A stretch of DNA of 64,000 bases from contig OZ281495.1 of assembly GCA_965637545.1 (NCBI GenBank), positions 32,674,001-32,738,000 on the forward strand, written 5' to 3'. A program made the position numbers and the translations under genes. The notes beneath the pieces were generated by a model. The model did not search any database. It was given only the letters and a program-made list of their open reading frames with translations, and was not told the origin of the DNA. Positions 1 to 15,000 of this stretch are shown here, piece after piece; the first letter of the stretch is position 1; each line of letters begins with the position of its first letter. The stretch is from Phallusia mammillata. Lineage: Eukaryota.

Positions 1-5
1 CACAG

Positions 6-3000
6 CATCGTTTATGAAGATGATGAGATTGTTCAACGAAGTGTCAGCACAGCAACAAGACATGGATAGCAGGTGCGGCGATTTGTTTATGGTTTTGTTG
101 ATGTGTAAATTTGTAAAAAAGGTGCTTTGTTAGAATTGGAAAAGGACATTTTCTTATAATACTACCACACAATTGTCCATTCTGAAAGAAATTTATTGCC
201 ATTTTACTACATAGCATGTGTGTGGTCCTTTTTCTATGTTTCCAAAATTAACTTTTTTTCTTGCAAAAACACATTACAACAACAATTCCGAGCATTATAA
301 CTTGCATAAAAACAAACAATTCTTGCATAGATGTTCTTAGCAAAACTGACCCAAAGTAAACTTTTCATCAAAATCATCTTTAGATTCTCTGTAATGCAAC
401 GAACTGTTGACTTACTGGAGAAATACGACATGAAACTTCCCAATGAAACGCAGGAAATGTTTAAATCTGCTCCGGACAGATGGAACCATCTCAAAACCAA
501 AGTATCGCTTGCGAAGCAGAGGCTTGGGCCTAGAATACAGGCGAGTTATGGAATTAAACTAGTGAAGTTGTTTGGTAGAAATAACTTGGATTTGTATGAA
601 TCAATCATATTATAGATTATTCTGCAATTGTTTTGTTGCAGAAGTGTGTTGATTCGTTATATAAAAAATTAAGTCCACACATTTTTTAGTTCGTTGGTTG
701 TTCTGGATCAAAAAATGAATGTTGAATTGTAGAATATATAAAAAGAAAATACTGCATTGTACGATGCAAGCAGTTGTCTGAGCATGGTGTGTCACATGAC
801 AACAATGTAAAACAAACAATAGAAAGAGAGACAAAAAATGAACTAGAATGTGCGATCTTTTTGCCGGCAACGCCATTTAAGTTGTGCACTCCTTTGCTGA
901 ACTAATTTTTGTCTTTGACGTCAATGTCATTTCGATGCTTTTTCACCAACAGGAAGAATCAGACCGGATCACACGTGACCTGTTACGCTTCAGTGAGCGC
1001 GTGGAAGCTCTTGCATCTGAATTGCGCTCATCCGAAGTTTTCTCGCGGGAATGTCCCATCCACGACGCCAACGACATGATTGACGGATTTTTCCGCCGCT
1101 TGAAGGCGCTACAGGCCGAAGCACAAGACCTTATCGAGTTACAGGTAGGTCACATAAAGATGACTTGTTGAAATGCTTATTGTTATGAGCGTGGGTTGTT
1201 ACATATCGTTGTAAGTATGCTGGGAAATTGCCCTTGCTCTCCCTGTTTATTTCATTTTTTAAGACGGTAAAAAAGTCAGAATATGTAAGTGCTTGAACGC
1301 TAAGAAACTATATAGTTAAGTGGGCTGACCTTTAGTCTTACTTGCCGCTGTTTATTAGGTGCTATATTCTGTTCTGGTCCCAATGACCGTTTTTGGTGTG
1401 TTTGCGTAATGATAAAAAACAGCTTGGTCACGTGATTGGGATCTGACGTAACGTATGTATCGATGATGCACACAACTACACAGTTTACCGACTGGTACAT
1501 TTACAGGAACTTCTGGAGAACGCGGTTGTAAATTTCTCGGTCCTCCCCCAATATCAGCGCGACCTCCGCAACTTGAAGTTGGTGTGGGAGCATGTCCGGA
1601 TGCTGGAGGAGGAGCAGAGGGAGTGGAAGAGGAAGCACTGGCAGAAGATCGACACAAAACATCTGCATCAGAATATCCACAAGCAGAAAGATCTGATCCA
1701 GTCGCTACCACCAGAGGTCAGTAGGGTGCTGTGGTGCTAAATGTGTTAGACCAGTGATTCTTAACCGATAGGAAATTTCCTAGTAGTTGGAAAGTATGTA
1801 ATATGAAAGTATGTACAGGCAGAGGCAAAAAATGTTACATAAAGTTTTGCTTTAAATGTTACATCGAATTTATCGAAGGCCATAAATCTGATTGTTTAGT
1901 CACAAAGATAAGTGTTTTCAATTAAAGATCATTATATTGGTAATGTTCGGCACAAACTTTTAAAATGACACAGGGAAATTCAAACTTGAAATTGGCTTTG
2001 GCGGGAAAATACACCGAAAAGGTTAAGAACCACTGTGTTAGACAGAGAAACATTTCACACATCAATATCACAGAACTTTCTGTGTTTGTAACTTACCTTG
2101 CTGCGTTTTGTAGTAGTTGACATGTAATTGACTCGTACAGACGACAGAGTGGGATGTGCATGTTGGAATGATCGCATCAATCGTTGTGATCGAGCAGTGC
2201 TTGCCACTTGTAGAAGATTTGAACCATCCGGCGATGAGAACGAGACATTGGAAACAACTTGTCAGAATTACAGGTAAAAAATGTTTCTCAAAGCATAGCA
2301 AGTATTTTCGCAACAACGAATCATGTTTATTCTGTCGCTTCATCAAAAACTACTTCCATACATAAGGCATAAAAAGTGAAGCTCAAATACTATAGTAATT
2401 TTCTTCACAAATAAATAGGCAGTTTTATCGTATAACAACCAGTGTTTTTCAGGTGGTTTGCTTCAAACTGACACAGACAGCTTGAGGAAAATGATTCTCG
2501 GCGATTTGCTTGAGTTGGGATTACAGAAACATGCCGATGAAGTGAAGGCGATTGTACAGAGGGCTGTCAAAGGTTGGTTGGCAAACATTCTTATTTGTAA
2601 CTTTCGTGCAAGATTAAGTTACAAATCTGGGCTGTCGGTTGTGCAATTTGATTGTAACCAGATAGCAAATCGTATTTTATGACTTTATTAATCAAATTTA
2701 TAGAGCTCTCCTGGCAAGTGTAGTTTCATTCCGACGTTTCGACGTCCTTTACAGGTCGTCTTTATCAGGGTAAATTACAGTGAATGTGCGCGCGATAACG
2801 AATGATTGCGCCTCTAATCTTTGAGCAGGTGCCTGTAGCACGCTGAAAGCATCACGTCTGTTTTGATGTTCATTGTGTTGCCCCGTTGGTGGATATTCCA
2901 TGACTCAAGAAATTGTTTTTATCTGTAGTCAGGCTCTCATTAATTTTGCACATTGAAGAGGGTTACAGTTTCTGAATAAATAGCCATAAAAACATGAAAC

Positions 3001-6000
3001 ATACACAAAATTATTTATAAGGTCCCTTTGCCCTTCTTGGATGTAGACTGGTAAAGTAAATCAAAATGCTCAAAAATCGAAAACAACTAAGTCAACTCAA
3101 AGAAACGAAGTTACCAGAGAGCAAAAGTTACAGACTTTACTTAGAAGATTCCATGGTTAATTTTGCGTTTTCCTTGCAGACCTGACGATCGAGAGTTCAC
3201 TGAAGACTTGCGAGGAAGTTTGGTTGAGCAAAATATTCGAACTCCGCTCTCACACAAGAAGTCAGACTAAAAACATCGGACCGGATCTTGAAGGAAGTGA
3301 CGCAACCGGAAGTGAGATGATGCCGCATGCGATGTTGCAAACACACGAGGGAAGCAAGTATGTGACGTGGAAACACATATTGAACTTTAAAAGATGTAAA
3401 CTTAAAAAAATCAAAAAACAAATCTGCCAGAGAACTTGTTTGTCTGAGATTTATCCTTTCCGTTTTTCCTACTGTAGCCAAACAAATTTTACTAGTTAGA
3501 TTTACCCTGAAATTTTACTAGTTAGATTTATGTCTCCGGTTAAACATCTCTCTGCATGGAAACTTTTTTAGCAAACGTTTTAAACATTTCAATTGTTATA
3601 TCCAGTGTTTTTTTAAAGTGTTTTGGGGGACCGAAACGGTCCCCCAAATTTCTCCAGCGGTTTCCCAAAATTTGCCAGTAGCCTAATAAATAATTCGTTT
3701 AAGCAAATATGGCTATTTTTTGGTATTTAAATGAAACACTTGCGGTCTCTTAAAACTACTTAGCGGTCACCCAAACCAAACCTTAAAAAAAACCTGGTCA
3801 TATCATCGTAATGAGTCAGAAAAATATAAAACGGTGGTTAAGTGTAAAAAGAAAAACAAAAAACAAAGTAAACGGATGTGACGTAAATACTTTCGTTTCC
3901 GACTCAGAACTGGAGGAACTCGAACTAAGAGCATGAAGAGCGGACCTCACAGTAGATCATCCGATAAAACAGGAGCAGGATCGGTGTCTAGAGGCAGAGG
4001 AGGAGGCAGAACATCCGTCCTCTCGCTCCCCATCAGTCTCCTCAACCTGGTCGACGATCCCAGTCCGATTTGTCTCCTCAAAGATGTCGAAAAAATATTC
4101 TCCGATCTCGAGCACCACCAGGTGGACAAAATGATTTTGGTTTTGAAATCATGTGATGACGTTATGATGACGTCATCTAGTTGGGACGTCACTGTCTCTT
4201 AAATCCAAGTTTTAACAATTTTTCAAAAAAATTTACATTTTAAAACAAATTGCATAAATTTTGCATTAACTAATCCTGATTTTTGCGATGTCGTATTTGT
4301 TTTTTAATATCTGATGTTAACTTGGGGATTGTGACGTCACAGATGGAACTGACGCGAATGCAGAGCAACAGCGCGATTGGTTCGTTCCTTGACGAAGTTA
4401 CGAAGTGGCAGAAACGTTTGCATCTGATAGAAGCAGTGCTGGAGGCTTGGGTGAATGTGCAGAGCAAATGGGTTCAACTTGATGAAATATATTCAGGTTT
4501 GGTTCAAGGCAAAGTTACCGTAGAGATCCACAAAATCCATTGTCGTAATTTGTCGTCGCATAAGTCATTCCCCACGTCGTAACAAATGAGGCAGAGCTTT
4601 TTTGGTAGATAATAACTCATGCAGTTAGAACGTGGATAAATAATACGCTTTAAAAATAGAGGTTATTAAAATTGCTTATGATAGAAAGTTGTTTAGTTTC
4701 TTTCAACAGTCAATTGTAGAAATGAATATAAAACACTATTTTGGAACCTTTAGGGCTTCTGCAGAGCTCAAAAGTTCGTGTAGGGCTTATAGAAACTCTT
4801 ACTATCATACCAGACACTGTTGCACGAACTCCCTGTATATGTATTCTTGTATTACACCGTTTCAACCTATGAACAGGTGCAGATGTTCGCACAGCATTAG
4901 CACACGAGGCCAACATGTTCGCTGTGATCAGCAAAGACTTCAGGCTGCTGATGCGAGCCACAGAAAAGAACACAAACGTGCTTCAGGGATGCTCCAGGAA
5001 AGGTTGGTAACCGTTGCTACGTGCCACGTTGCCTTGACAACCGTTACGCATCATCGCGCAGGTCTCCTCCCGATGCTCGAGAAAATGGACTTCAAGATGG
5101 AACAGTGTCGTCACGCGTTGCTAGGCAACCTGGAGCGTCGACGTCAGCGCTTCCCACGCTTTTACTTCCTGTCGCCGGAAGATGTGATGAACATCGTGTG
5201 TTACGGATACGACCTGAACGCGGTCAACAAGTGGGTTGCATGGATAAGTTGATTTAAGTTTAACTGATAGCCTCGCTGCACAAATGTTGCGTTTGACTTG
5301 AAGTGAGATTACTAAAACTTGCAAAACAATTACCTTATTTAAGCCAGTGGTTCCCAACCGTAGCGGAATTTTAAAACTTGGATGGAGGAATTTACTTTAA
5401 TTTCTACATGTGGTTTGTAAATAGACACTTAAGCTCTGGAAATATAACCTGTGAAGTTAATAAAAGACTTGCTTTTAAATGATCTTTGTATGGTTTAGCA
5501 TCTACTATGTAGTATATTGGCGAGGAATGAAAATGTTTTGAATTGTTAAGTGAGGAATTCGTCGAAAAGTTTGGGAACCACTGATTTAAACGATTATATA
5601 ATTTGCTAAGTGGTAACCGTTTCTAAAAATTTGCTTTTTTTGCTATTTCTGATTTTGAGTTTTATTATGTTCTCATACGTACAGTTTTGTGAAGTAGACC
5701 GTTGTTTAAGTGTTTGTTAACTTTTAGTAAGAATCAATAGCAGCACATCTTATTAACTTTGTTTCATTTTCAGATATTTGTGCAAAGTTCTGCCGCATCT
5801 CGGTCGACTCGTCTTTACTGAGCAGCCCCTAGTAGTGAATAAACCTTCCCCGGGTCGTGCCTCCGCTGGTGGGCGCAAGAGGTACAAGGTCACCGGTGTG
5901 TCGAGCACGGCAGGAGAGGTCATGACCTTTCACCGACCCTTGATATACGAAGGACCGATGTCGCTATGGTTACCACAACTTCTTATGGCCATCCAAGCTA

Positions 6001-9000
6001 CATTGCAAGTCAGTTCACGTTTTGAAATATATTAACTTAGTAGTTGTTACTCGTCTCCATGTGTTTCTAACGGAATGTTGTATTAACACTGATGTGCTTT
6101 AAAGGATTGAGTTGAGTTTGTTTCGGTGGGTAAATGAATACATAGAGACGCAAATGCACTGAAACAGAAGTTGGCAACCTTTTTAGGCGATACGAGCAGA
6201 GAGATTTGTGCATGTTGACTGGATGTTAAGACTAGTGCTTAACAACAACCTAAAAATAAGCACTGTAACAGGTTAACTTGTCTGCTTGATATATCGTTTG
6301 GCGTGCCATGATATCTACCTCGTGTGCCAGGGGTTGCCCACCCCTGCACTAAAGCAATCATAAAGTCGGAAATACGTTGAGACGTTATGCAGCGCAAAAC
6401 AGTGGACAGAACAATTGGTGGATAATGACTGAATACGATGCAGTAACATCGTTATCTCTTCAATTCATACACCTTTGTGTTTGTGATGTTAATTTCTTAT
6501 GCAACTTTTTGTATCCCTGTTCCCAGGAGCATCTTCACGTTTCCCTTGGCAACGATCCTCGTCCTGCTCAGATCCAACAAACTCTTCGGAGCGTGGGAGC
6601 GTCCAGGGTGAGAATAAGTCGACCCTCTAGCGCCATCTCGCAACGATCTGGAGGATCCGATCCCGTCCAGAAGGTGGCGATGTCGCCCACGTTGCAACCA
6701 CAAGTGGCGTCAGAGAGCGATTCAGGAAAGGAAGATCAGCCACTAGGTGTCCCACCTCAGGTACGCCTGACCCATGTACAGACCAAAAAATCTGTATCGG
6801 GATTCGTCCCCGGGATTGTAGAAAAAGCATATGACAGAACGCTTGACATTATTCAATTCTCCGTATTAGTTCAATGACAAAAAGTGTTTATTTAATGATT
6901 GTGTGTTAAAAACACACCGTTTTGCCGAACATGCTTCCTTCAAAATCTATGGCTAGTGTTCCTGTATTAAAATCATCAGTTAAAGTAACACATGTACCTA
7001 ATCTTTCAAATCCTTACGAAAGACATTGTACAAGTCTACTATAAGGGTCAATGCCTCTCTAAGTTTTAGAGTTGAGAAAATGAAATTAAACATTGGAAAA
7101 CTTATTCTAGAGATCAGAGGTTGCTGCTCAACTCAACGCTACCTTGGGAGGCTCGATAGAAAACAGCCAAGTTTCCTGGACATTGGACAATTCAACGCAA
7201 GTTGTATTGCTTGCAACAACTGTAAAGGTAACTTGGGATTGCAATTTGATTACTTGCTTGAAGATGAAACCATTACGAAAACCGAACATTGTGTATTATT
7301 GTGATGAGATGTTTTCAATAATTAGTAAAAAACATTTTTTTTTCAATAAAGAGATACCGTAAAAAAATTTAAAATACAAATTTTTCAATGAAGAAATACT
7401 AATGTACTTAATTTTCGAAACTTACACATCAAACGTTCTGTTAGTATTGGGCCATCAAGTTTTTTTACCATGATAGTGGTAAGAGCGAAAAACGAACTTT
7501 CCTATTCCACTTGCAACTTGAGTTTGAAATTCTTACTTTAAACCTAATTATCTCACCTGGTTTTAGTTAAACAACCGAATGGAAGAAGCGTTGAAATCAA
7601 CATCTGAAGGGGATCACCTTGCTTTGGTGAAAGTTGCTGATGACATCAGTGATAACCTTCATGCCGCTGTGATTATGCTGAAGGTAAATAATCATCTTGA
7701 AACTAATATTCAATACACTATAGATTAACAAATTGGATGGGTTTAAGCAGTGGTGGGATTCAGCCGGTTTGCACAGGCTCTATGGAACCGTCTCACGAAA
7801 TTTTATGAGATCAGCGAACCGGTTAGCATTACTGGTTACTGTCAATGGATTTTTTTGTAACAAAACCGGCTGAAAAATATGACTTTTGTGATAAAACCGG
7901 CTGAAAAAATATGACTTTTGTAATAGAACCGGATGACAAAAATTTGAATTCCAAGTTGAGACAATCGCTCTTCTCTTCTACAGAGACTAATTATGAGTAA
8001 TTATGAGAACCTTTCCCTCCGATAGTAGATAGACTCAAGAATGTATTTGTTTTGTGTGTGGTTTCGTTTGTATCACAAACACAAATAAATAGCACTAACT
8101 TCTTAAAGATAGCAATTATTGTAACGCTTCGTCTCACGTCTCATCCAACCATACATCACTTTCAGGGTATAGAAGATGAGCGCATGGTTCACACGAAAAG
8201 TGCGAAGAAGAAAGTTGGGAGCAGAGGACGGGAGAAGGATCAGGATGAGGGAAGGAATCTCTCTGATGGATCTGACTCTATTGGAGCTCCTTCAACCAAG
8301 TAAGACATGAAAAACTTTTTTCGGTGGACTGTGAATAAATCAAGCATGTTTCGTAGCATATTTGAGTGAGAGGCGTCAGTATGAATTTGTTGACCATTAA
8401 TTTATCCCCAGCTCTCAGTAAAAGACAAATCTACCTTAAGAAAACATGTTGGCATATATTAATAGTAGGGATGGACCAAAACAGCAAATGTTATGTTTGG
8501 TCGAGCACGCTCGGTGCATTGTAACGTCACAAACATTTCCAATTCCGCGCTAGTTTTGTAACTTTCCAAGGTCCCTTGTGTCACCAGCTGTGTATTAGGC
8601 TGTACAGGCCCCAGAAGTACACGTTTTTCCACCATCTAACGCATTTAAAAACAGCCATTTTTGTTCTTACCCTTTCAAACAGAATTTCGTATACATGAAA
8701 AACAGCGATGCTCTGTACCTAGTACTCGGGTTCTGGCTCGGCTCATCCCTAATTAATAGCATGAGGAACATCGTGTATTAGAACTTTTGTCTGGTATATA
8801 TTAACAGATCGATGTTGGATGACGACATGGACATTGGAGAGGATTCCTATGTTGATGACGCAATGGTCGGAGAATCAGGTACGGTAGCAAAATAGATGTT
8901 TTGAACATTTAACAAAAAAAAACTACAACCTTTTTCACTAGCCCGCATTTGCATTAGTAACTTTCACTGAGAACCTTTCATGAAAATATGAATGACGAGT

Positions 9001-12000
9001 CGCCAGAGAGAATCAACATACCAGGCTGATACACAATAAATATGAGACTTTAATTAAGTTCACAGTCCAATTACCCAAACATTTTAATTTACACTGTTTC
9101 GTCACAATAATGTCATAATGATGTTATTGACGTCACAATGCAGGACGTAGCGGGCCGATAAATACGATGCAGAGTTTGCTTTTCACCGAGCAAGTTAGAT
9201 CGGGAAGCAGAGGAACGAGAGGAGATGTGTTGGATGGAGAGAATGCGAGAGATGGAACGGATCAGGTCGGTTGCTTCAAAGTTGCAGATGTTTAAAGTCG
9301 AAGAAATCTCTATTTGATATTCATTTATACTCGTTGTTGACTTCAGTTAAATTTGGCTTCTGATGTTGAAAAAAGCATAAAAGATTCTTAAAGCTGTTTA
9401 TCTTTAGCAAGATCTGTTAATAGGTTGTAACAATTTTGTTGGTTTTGGACCTTTTAAGCAAAAATAGAAACCTGGGTTAGCAAACCGTAGTATGCAATAC
9501 AATGCAGAACTGGCTTTTTTCCCTTGATTGTTTAAAATCGTGAATTGAGCACATAACGATAAAAAATCTCGGCACTTAACGTGATTAATTTTTTTAGGAC
9601 CAACAAGCATTGAGCACAGCGCCATCTGACGGCAAACTTTTGCTCTTTCCATCACAAATTCGCAAAATCAGCGGTCTCATTGGATTATTGACGCAACAAA
9701 GAGATCTTTGTTATCTTTTGCGAAGTTCGATCGCCAATCAATCTACAGAAAAGGTAAGAAATTTAAAAAAATATCTCAAAAAGTGGAAAATTACTCACAA
9801 GCTGTGAGGGACTTAGATAAATTCGAGACCCAATCATTGGTTATCGCACAGTGTTTTCGTCGCGTTGTGTCGTGCTTGCGTTGAATTTATCGTGCACTGT
9901 ACTACGCGCATTCAGTGTTATTTACCCTGATGAATGCGACCTGTATAGGACGTCGAAACGTCGGAATAAAAATACAATTGCCAGAATAGCTTTGTAAATT
10001 TGATATGAGAAACTAGTTTAATTTTTTAGCAACTTGTTTTTTGCTGTATCTAACTTCCGTAAGTTTTGTCTTTTTCATCAGTTGTTCGATTGGGAAGCTC
10101 ATCTCAAACACGTTTACACTCCTGACGACATGGGGGTCAAAGTTCAAACCATGACGTGGAACTTCGATTACGGATTTGAATATCAGGGCTCGTGTCAGAG
10201 GTACGGAAAATTGCAATGCGACTTTTAACGTTGGATGTGGTCAATTTCTGAGGTTTTTAGTCAATAAATGTTCTTCAACAACATAAATTTTAATGGTGAA
10301 AATAACCGCCCACACAGACGTAAAAAGCGACATGCTTTATTTGCCATGAAAGCATGTCGCTTTTTTACGTCTATTTATTTTCACCTATAAACCTATGAAC
10401 AGATCCGTATATATTGTTCCAACATAAATTTTGTACACGAATCACGGTTTCAAATACTTCATGCAGAAAAATGTAGGAAACTTTGCCATTTATCCAACCG
10501 ATATGCTGCTTTGTATCTTTTTGTTGAAAGAACGAGTTTTTCAAATAATTATTGCACCCCCAGATACGTTGTTACGCCCTCTTGTGACCGCGTCCTCCTC
10601 TCAATGTGCCAAGCTCTTCAATCCTTCTCCGGAGTTGCAATCTCCTCCTCATCAATGGCTCCTCCAGAAACGCTCTCTGAACTCTCATATCAACTCGGCA
10701 GAGGAATGTACTCGGTACTTTGCACACAATCTATGGATCATTTCATGCTCGGTAGGCTTTTCTGAAATGATTTTTTGTGTGTTTGGAACAAAATTTCTGT
10801 GGTTCATCAAGACCAAGTGTTGATGTTTAATGGGATCCTTTAAACAAAAACATAGAAAAGTGGTGGCAAATAGTAAATCTAAGGTTTTTGATGAAAGGTT
10901 TCAGAATAATAACATGTGGTAGCCAAGCACATCCCTAGCACCAAAGCGGCTTTATGTAAAAATTCTGTTTGTTTGCGTACAGAAATCTTTCGAAAGTTAA
11001 GGGGATGTGCACAAATTTAAGTCCTTAAAATCCAAACGCCTTGTGTACAAATTTTGTCATTTTTTTAGTGTAATAAACAGAAATATTTCACAGGCGACCT
11101 GTTCAAGGGGATAGCAGAGACGGGATGTTGGATTTGCTTACAGAGGTTCAACACTCTCCGCAACTCACTACTCTCTGTGGCTGGCCAACTCGCAAGTGAA
11201 GTTCAAAAAGCGTTGAGAGCCGGGAAAAGTTCCATCACACTAATGAGCGAGGACATTGACCTTTCACCTACTGCAGCCTGCTTCGTCACGCTTGACCCGG
11301 TTCCAAGAGTCCCGGATGTAAGGGCTATGCTAAACCGAAGTCAGCCAAGTGTAGCGTCCAGTTTGCCTGAGGGATGTGTTGGATATTTCAGGTAAACTCA
11401 TTTTACCAGAACTGACGTAATTTCACAGAATTCCTATATTGATTGTGACGTCATAAATGCAGGATTGTCTACGCAACACAGCCTGACAGAAGAACTGTTC
11501 TGGAAATCCATCTGTTGTCGCAAGGTTTTACTCAGGCTCACGAATTATCGAGAAAACTTTGTCATCTTCTGGATCTTTGTGGTTCGCTGCTTTCAACCAT
11601 TCCTGCCAATTCTCTTCAAACAGGTAAACTGTGGATTATTTTTCTTCTTTAAGTAGAAACTCAACTCGAAAACTCAGTACGACTCTAATAAGCAACAATA
11701 GTATTACATCAATAAAATGCTTTAGAAGGTCAAAAATAATTTAACTTTGAATGTAGGTAAAATGTAGGTAAGTTTTATAAATCGCCTAAAAAAACTTTTT
11801 TTGAAACAGCTCCAAGAGAAGAATTTGCCGCTGGAGGCAGCAAACTACACATCATGTACGGCGACAACGCTGTGACGTCACTTCCGCTGATTGAGCACGT
11901 GATCGCGGGTGCGGGCGTCTCGTTGGATGTTCTGATGCGTGAACAGTTGGAGTTGAAGCAGGAATACAGAGACATGATCACACAGAAGACCAGAAAGTTT

Positions 12001-15000
12001 ACCAATATATGGAAACACAGGTGACGGTCTGCAAGGCGGGAAAAATTTCACTTTTATTTGAATGTGCAAGGCTTCTTATTTTTCACGAAAGCTACGCGTT
12101 CATACTTTATTTCGCAAGACCAATTTCCCAATTTATTTCCGTCAACTTTGTTCTATCGCATACTTTTTTGAGTAGCAGCATATTTTCTGTAGCGAAGGGC
12201 TTTGTTTCCTTTTTCATAGATATGTTAATATAAGTTAGTTTCAATAACTTCCATACAAAAAATCACGTTTCTGCCCCTTTTTGAGATTGCTTACAAACGA
12301 TTTTTCTTTCCAAGTAGTCTCTGTTATTGCCAACACGTTCGATGCAAAATTTTTTGGGCGATTTTTAATTTCAATTCACTTGAACTTTGTTTCAGGTCAA
12401 GTTTAATGTCAAGTTCTGGAGGTTTGGCTGCAAGTTCAACAGCTGCTGACGACAGCGGAGCGGAAGGAGGACCTCTAGTGGCTGTAGGGGGGCCTCTAGT
12501 GGAAGGTGGACTATCTTCTTCTTCCCAGGAACAATCCTTGGACCAATCAACGCAAGAAGCGATCCAAATCAGCAAGGAGTAAGCACACGAATAATGTTTA
12601 ATTGTTTGATTGTGTCACGCGCTGTGAAGCCTCTTAAACCTGTTTAGTGGTTCAGTCCAGAGCTGACGTTGATGTACAAAGGTAAAAATTACTTTACTCT
12701 CTTGTATATTACTATTTTCAATAAAAATTTGTCCACAAATTAATCTATTTTATTGTATCGTATGTAAAGTTTTTGCCACCGACCCAATCCTATGAAATGG
12801 AAAGAGGACGGCGCCTAGCTTGAGAAACCCTGTGTAAAGTAGTTTGAACAACTTGGTAAAAACTTGGCCGAATAATGTGAGTCACATGATTCATGCACAC
12901 ATATACAAACATGATGTGGAGCATCCTGTGTTCAAAACCCTTTCATTTTGAATTAATTTTTTAGTCGTGGAATCATTGAGTCGTTTTCACCAAAAAGATT
13001 TTCGTCCAGAACATGATATATTGTTTTTCAGCGTATGTAAACTGCTTAGGCGCCGAGGTTGAGATGATCAGTGTACAGTAATTAAATAGAAAGCTTGGCA
13101 CATGACTCAAACACAGACTTAATGTTCGGGAATGTCCTGTGATCGAACTTCGAAATGGAGTAAATACTCCAATTATTGTTTCAGTCGTGAACTTATTGAA
13201 TCTGATGCTGAAAACATGAAGAAGATTGAGGAGATTGCTCTCATCACCGCCCTCCGCAACATCCTGCTCCCTCGACTCCCTGGAAAGGAGGAGCGGAGTC
13301 TCCTCTTCACATTCGTCACTGATCTCTTCCCTGCAGCATCCGAGGAAGTCGACTTCGTGGTGGATGATGAGGAAGTGAAAGATGAGGAGCTGATGCAGAG
13401 CATGGGAGGAGACATGAATTTGGAAGTGAGTGAAAACAGTGGAAACTGTGTAAGAGCAATTGTGTAGTTTATTTTGGTCAAGTTTTTGTAAGGTTCAATT
13501 TTTTGCTACAGCATGACATCCTTGTAGCAGAAGTTGTGTGTTGTAAGGATAAAATTGAGTTGATTGAAATTCCTTTAAATGTTTTTTACGTTATGAAATC
13601 TTTAGGTTATGAGACTGTTGTTATGGTTTAAAGTCACTTGTTTCAAGTCAAGGTCAAATTTGTATATTGTAACAAAATTGGGGGCAGAATCAGTGCCGGA
13701 TTAACCATTAGGCAAAGTAGGCACGTGCCTACAGGCCAGTCCAAAATCCAGGCCACTTTACAACAACGATCTTTGTGACAATGATTTGGCAACACTGATA
13801 ATTCTATTGTTTTAGTTGGCAACCCTGATTTTCGGGCCACTTATAAAATGTGACTACAGGCCAGCAGACCCTTAATCCGGCACTGGGCAGAATGTCAATT
13901 TCAGTAAAATATGGATAATTGTTTGATCCAAGTTCAATATCGTAAAACAAAAACTAATGTACGAGCAGATTTCGATTCCGGAGCACCGGTTGGAATCGGA
14001 TTCTCGCCCTTTCGAACCGAAACCATCCGAGCATGAACCAATCAACGACGTGGAAGCGGCCGTTGCCGTGGCAACCGCCGAATGCGGACTTAGTCCCGCA
14101 GCAGCCTTGCAGAACAAAACTGCGCAACTGGCCGAGGTGGGATTGTGTGATGACGAATGTAGTTATTGCTAGACTTGCTAAAGCTTTTATATAAGGACAG
14201 GGAACCTGTGGCCTAAATATCACATGTGGCCATTTGAGTCAACCACTGCGGCATTTATTGTAACTAAATGTTAAAATGTATTTCTTCTTGCACCTAATCC
14301 ATAAACGGACAAATAACATCCCATACACCTGTGGCCATTAAAGAATTGTTAGTTGGTCTTTATAGACAATAATTCAGCTGCTTTCTTCATATTTGTTAGC
14401 AACTGACGTGACATTAGTGTTTTTCGTGTTAACATTTTTTTCTTTCCCAGCTCGCCGAGTCCATGAGATCAGTAATAGTGTGTGGAGATGCTGGTTGTGG
14501 AAAATCCCGGTGTATTGATGTTTATGCTGAAACTCAGAGACAACTTGGTTTTAAAGTAACAACAAAGAAGGTAAGTTTCATTCTTGACATGTTTTGCTTC
14601 TTATTGTGTGTATGTTATCCAATTTGTACAGATAGTTTGGGGTGTTTTTTCGTACTTGGTGCTGCTTTATTTTACAATGCAATATGATTCTCGGGTTCAA
14701 ATATCACATGGAAACGCAAAACAAAAATCTTCTCGTAATTGTTGCGAAAAATATACTAACATCGACATGTTTTACCTTCAGACGCTCCACATTTACACAA
14801 GATCAGTAACAAATATCGCTTGAGATTGTAACATAAACATGTTTTTTTACCATCAAATTCACGCGTTCGTTTCTTCTTTTGGTCGAAATGTTGTATTCCA
14901 TGTAATTCATTGACTGATTCTGTTATTTGATAAAATATTTTTATTTCTTAGCTTCCTATTTATTGTCATAAACAATGAACTTCAATGACCATGCTGTCTG

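Noticed and set aside
7858-7935. CRISPR-like repeat array
   Set aside because: Internal ~28-bp duplication of a hAT MITE; eukaryotic context with no spacers or cas genes.
12656-13077. Micro-exons at 12656-12681 and 13032-13077
   Set aside because: Jointly frame-preserving but not required, since 12578 to 13185 is already in phase. Cannot be supported without RNA data.
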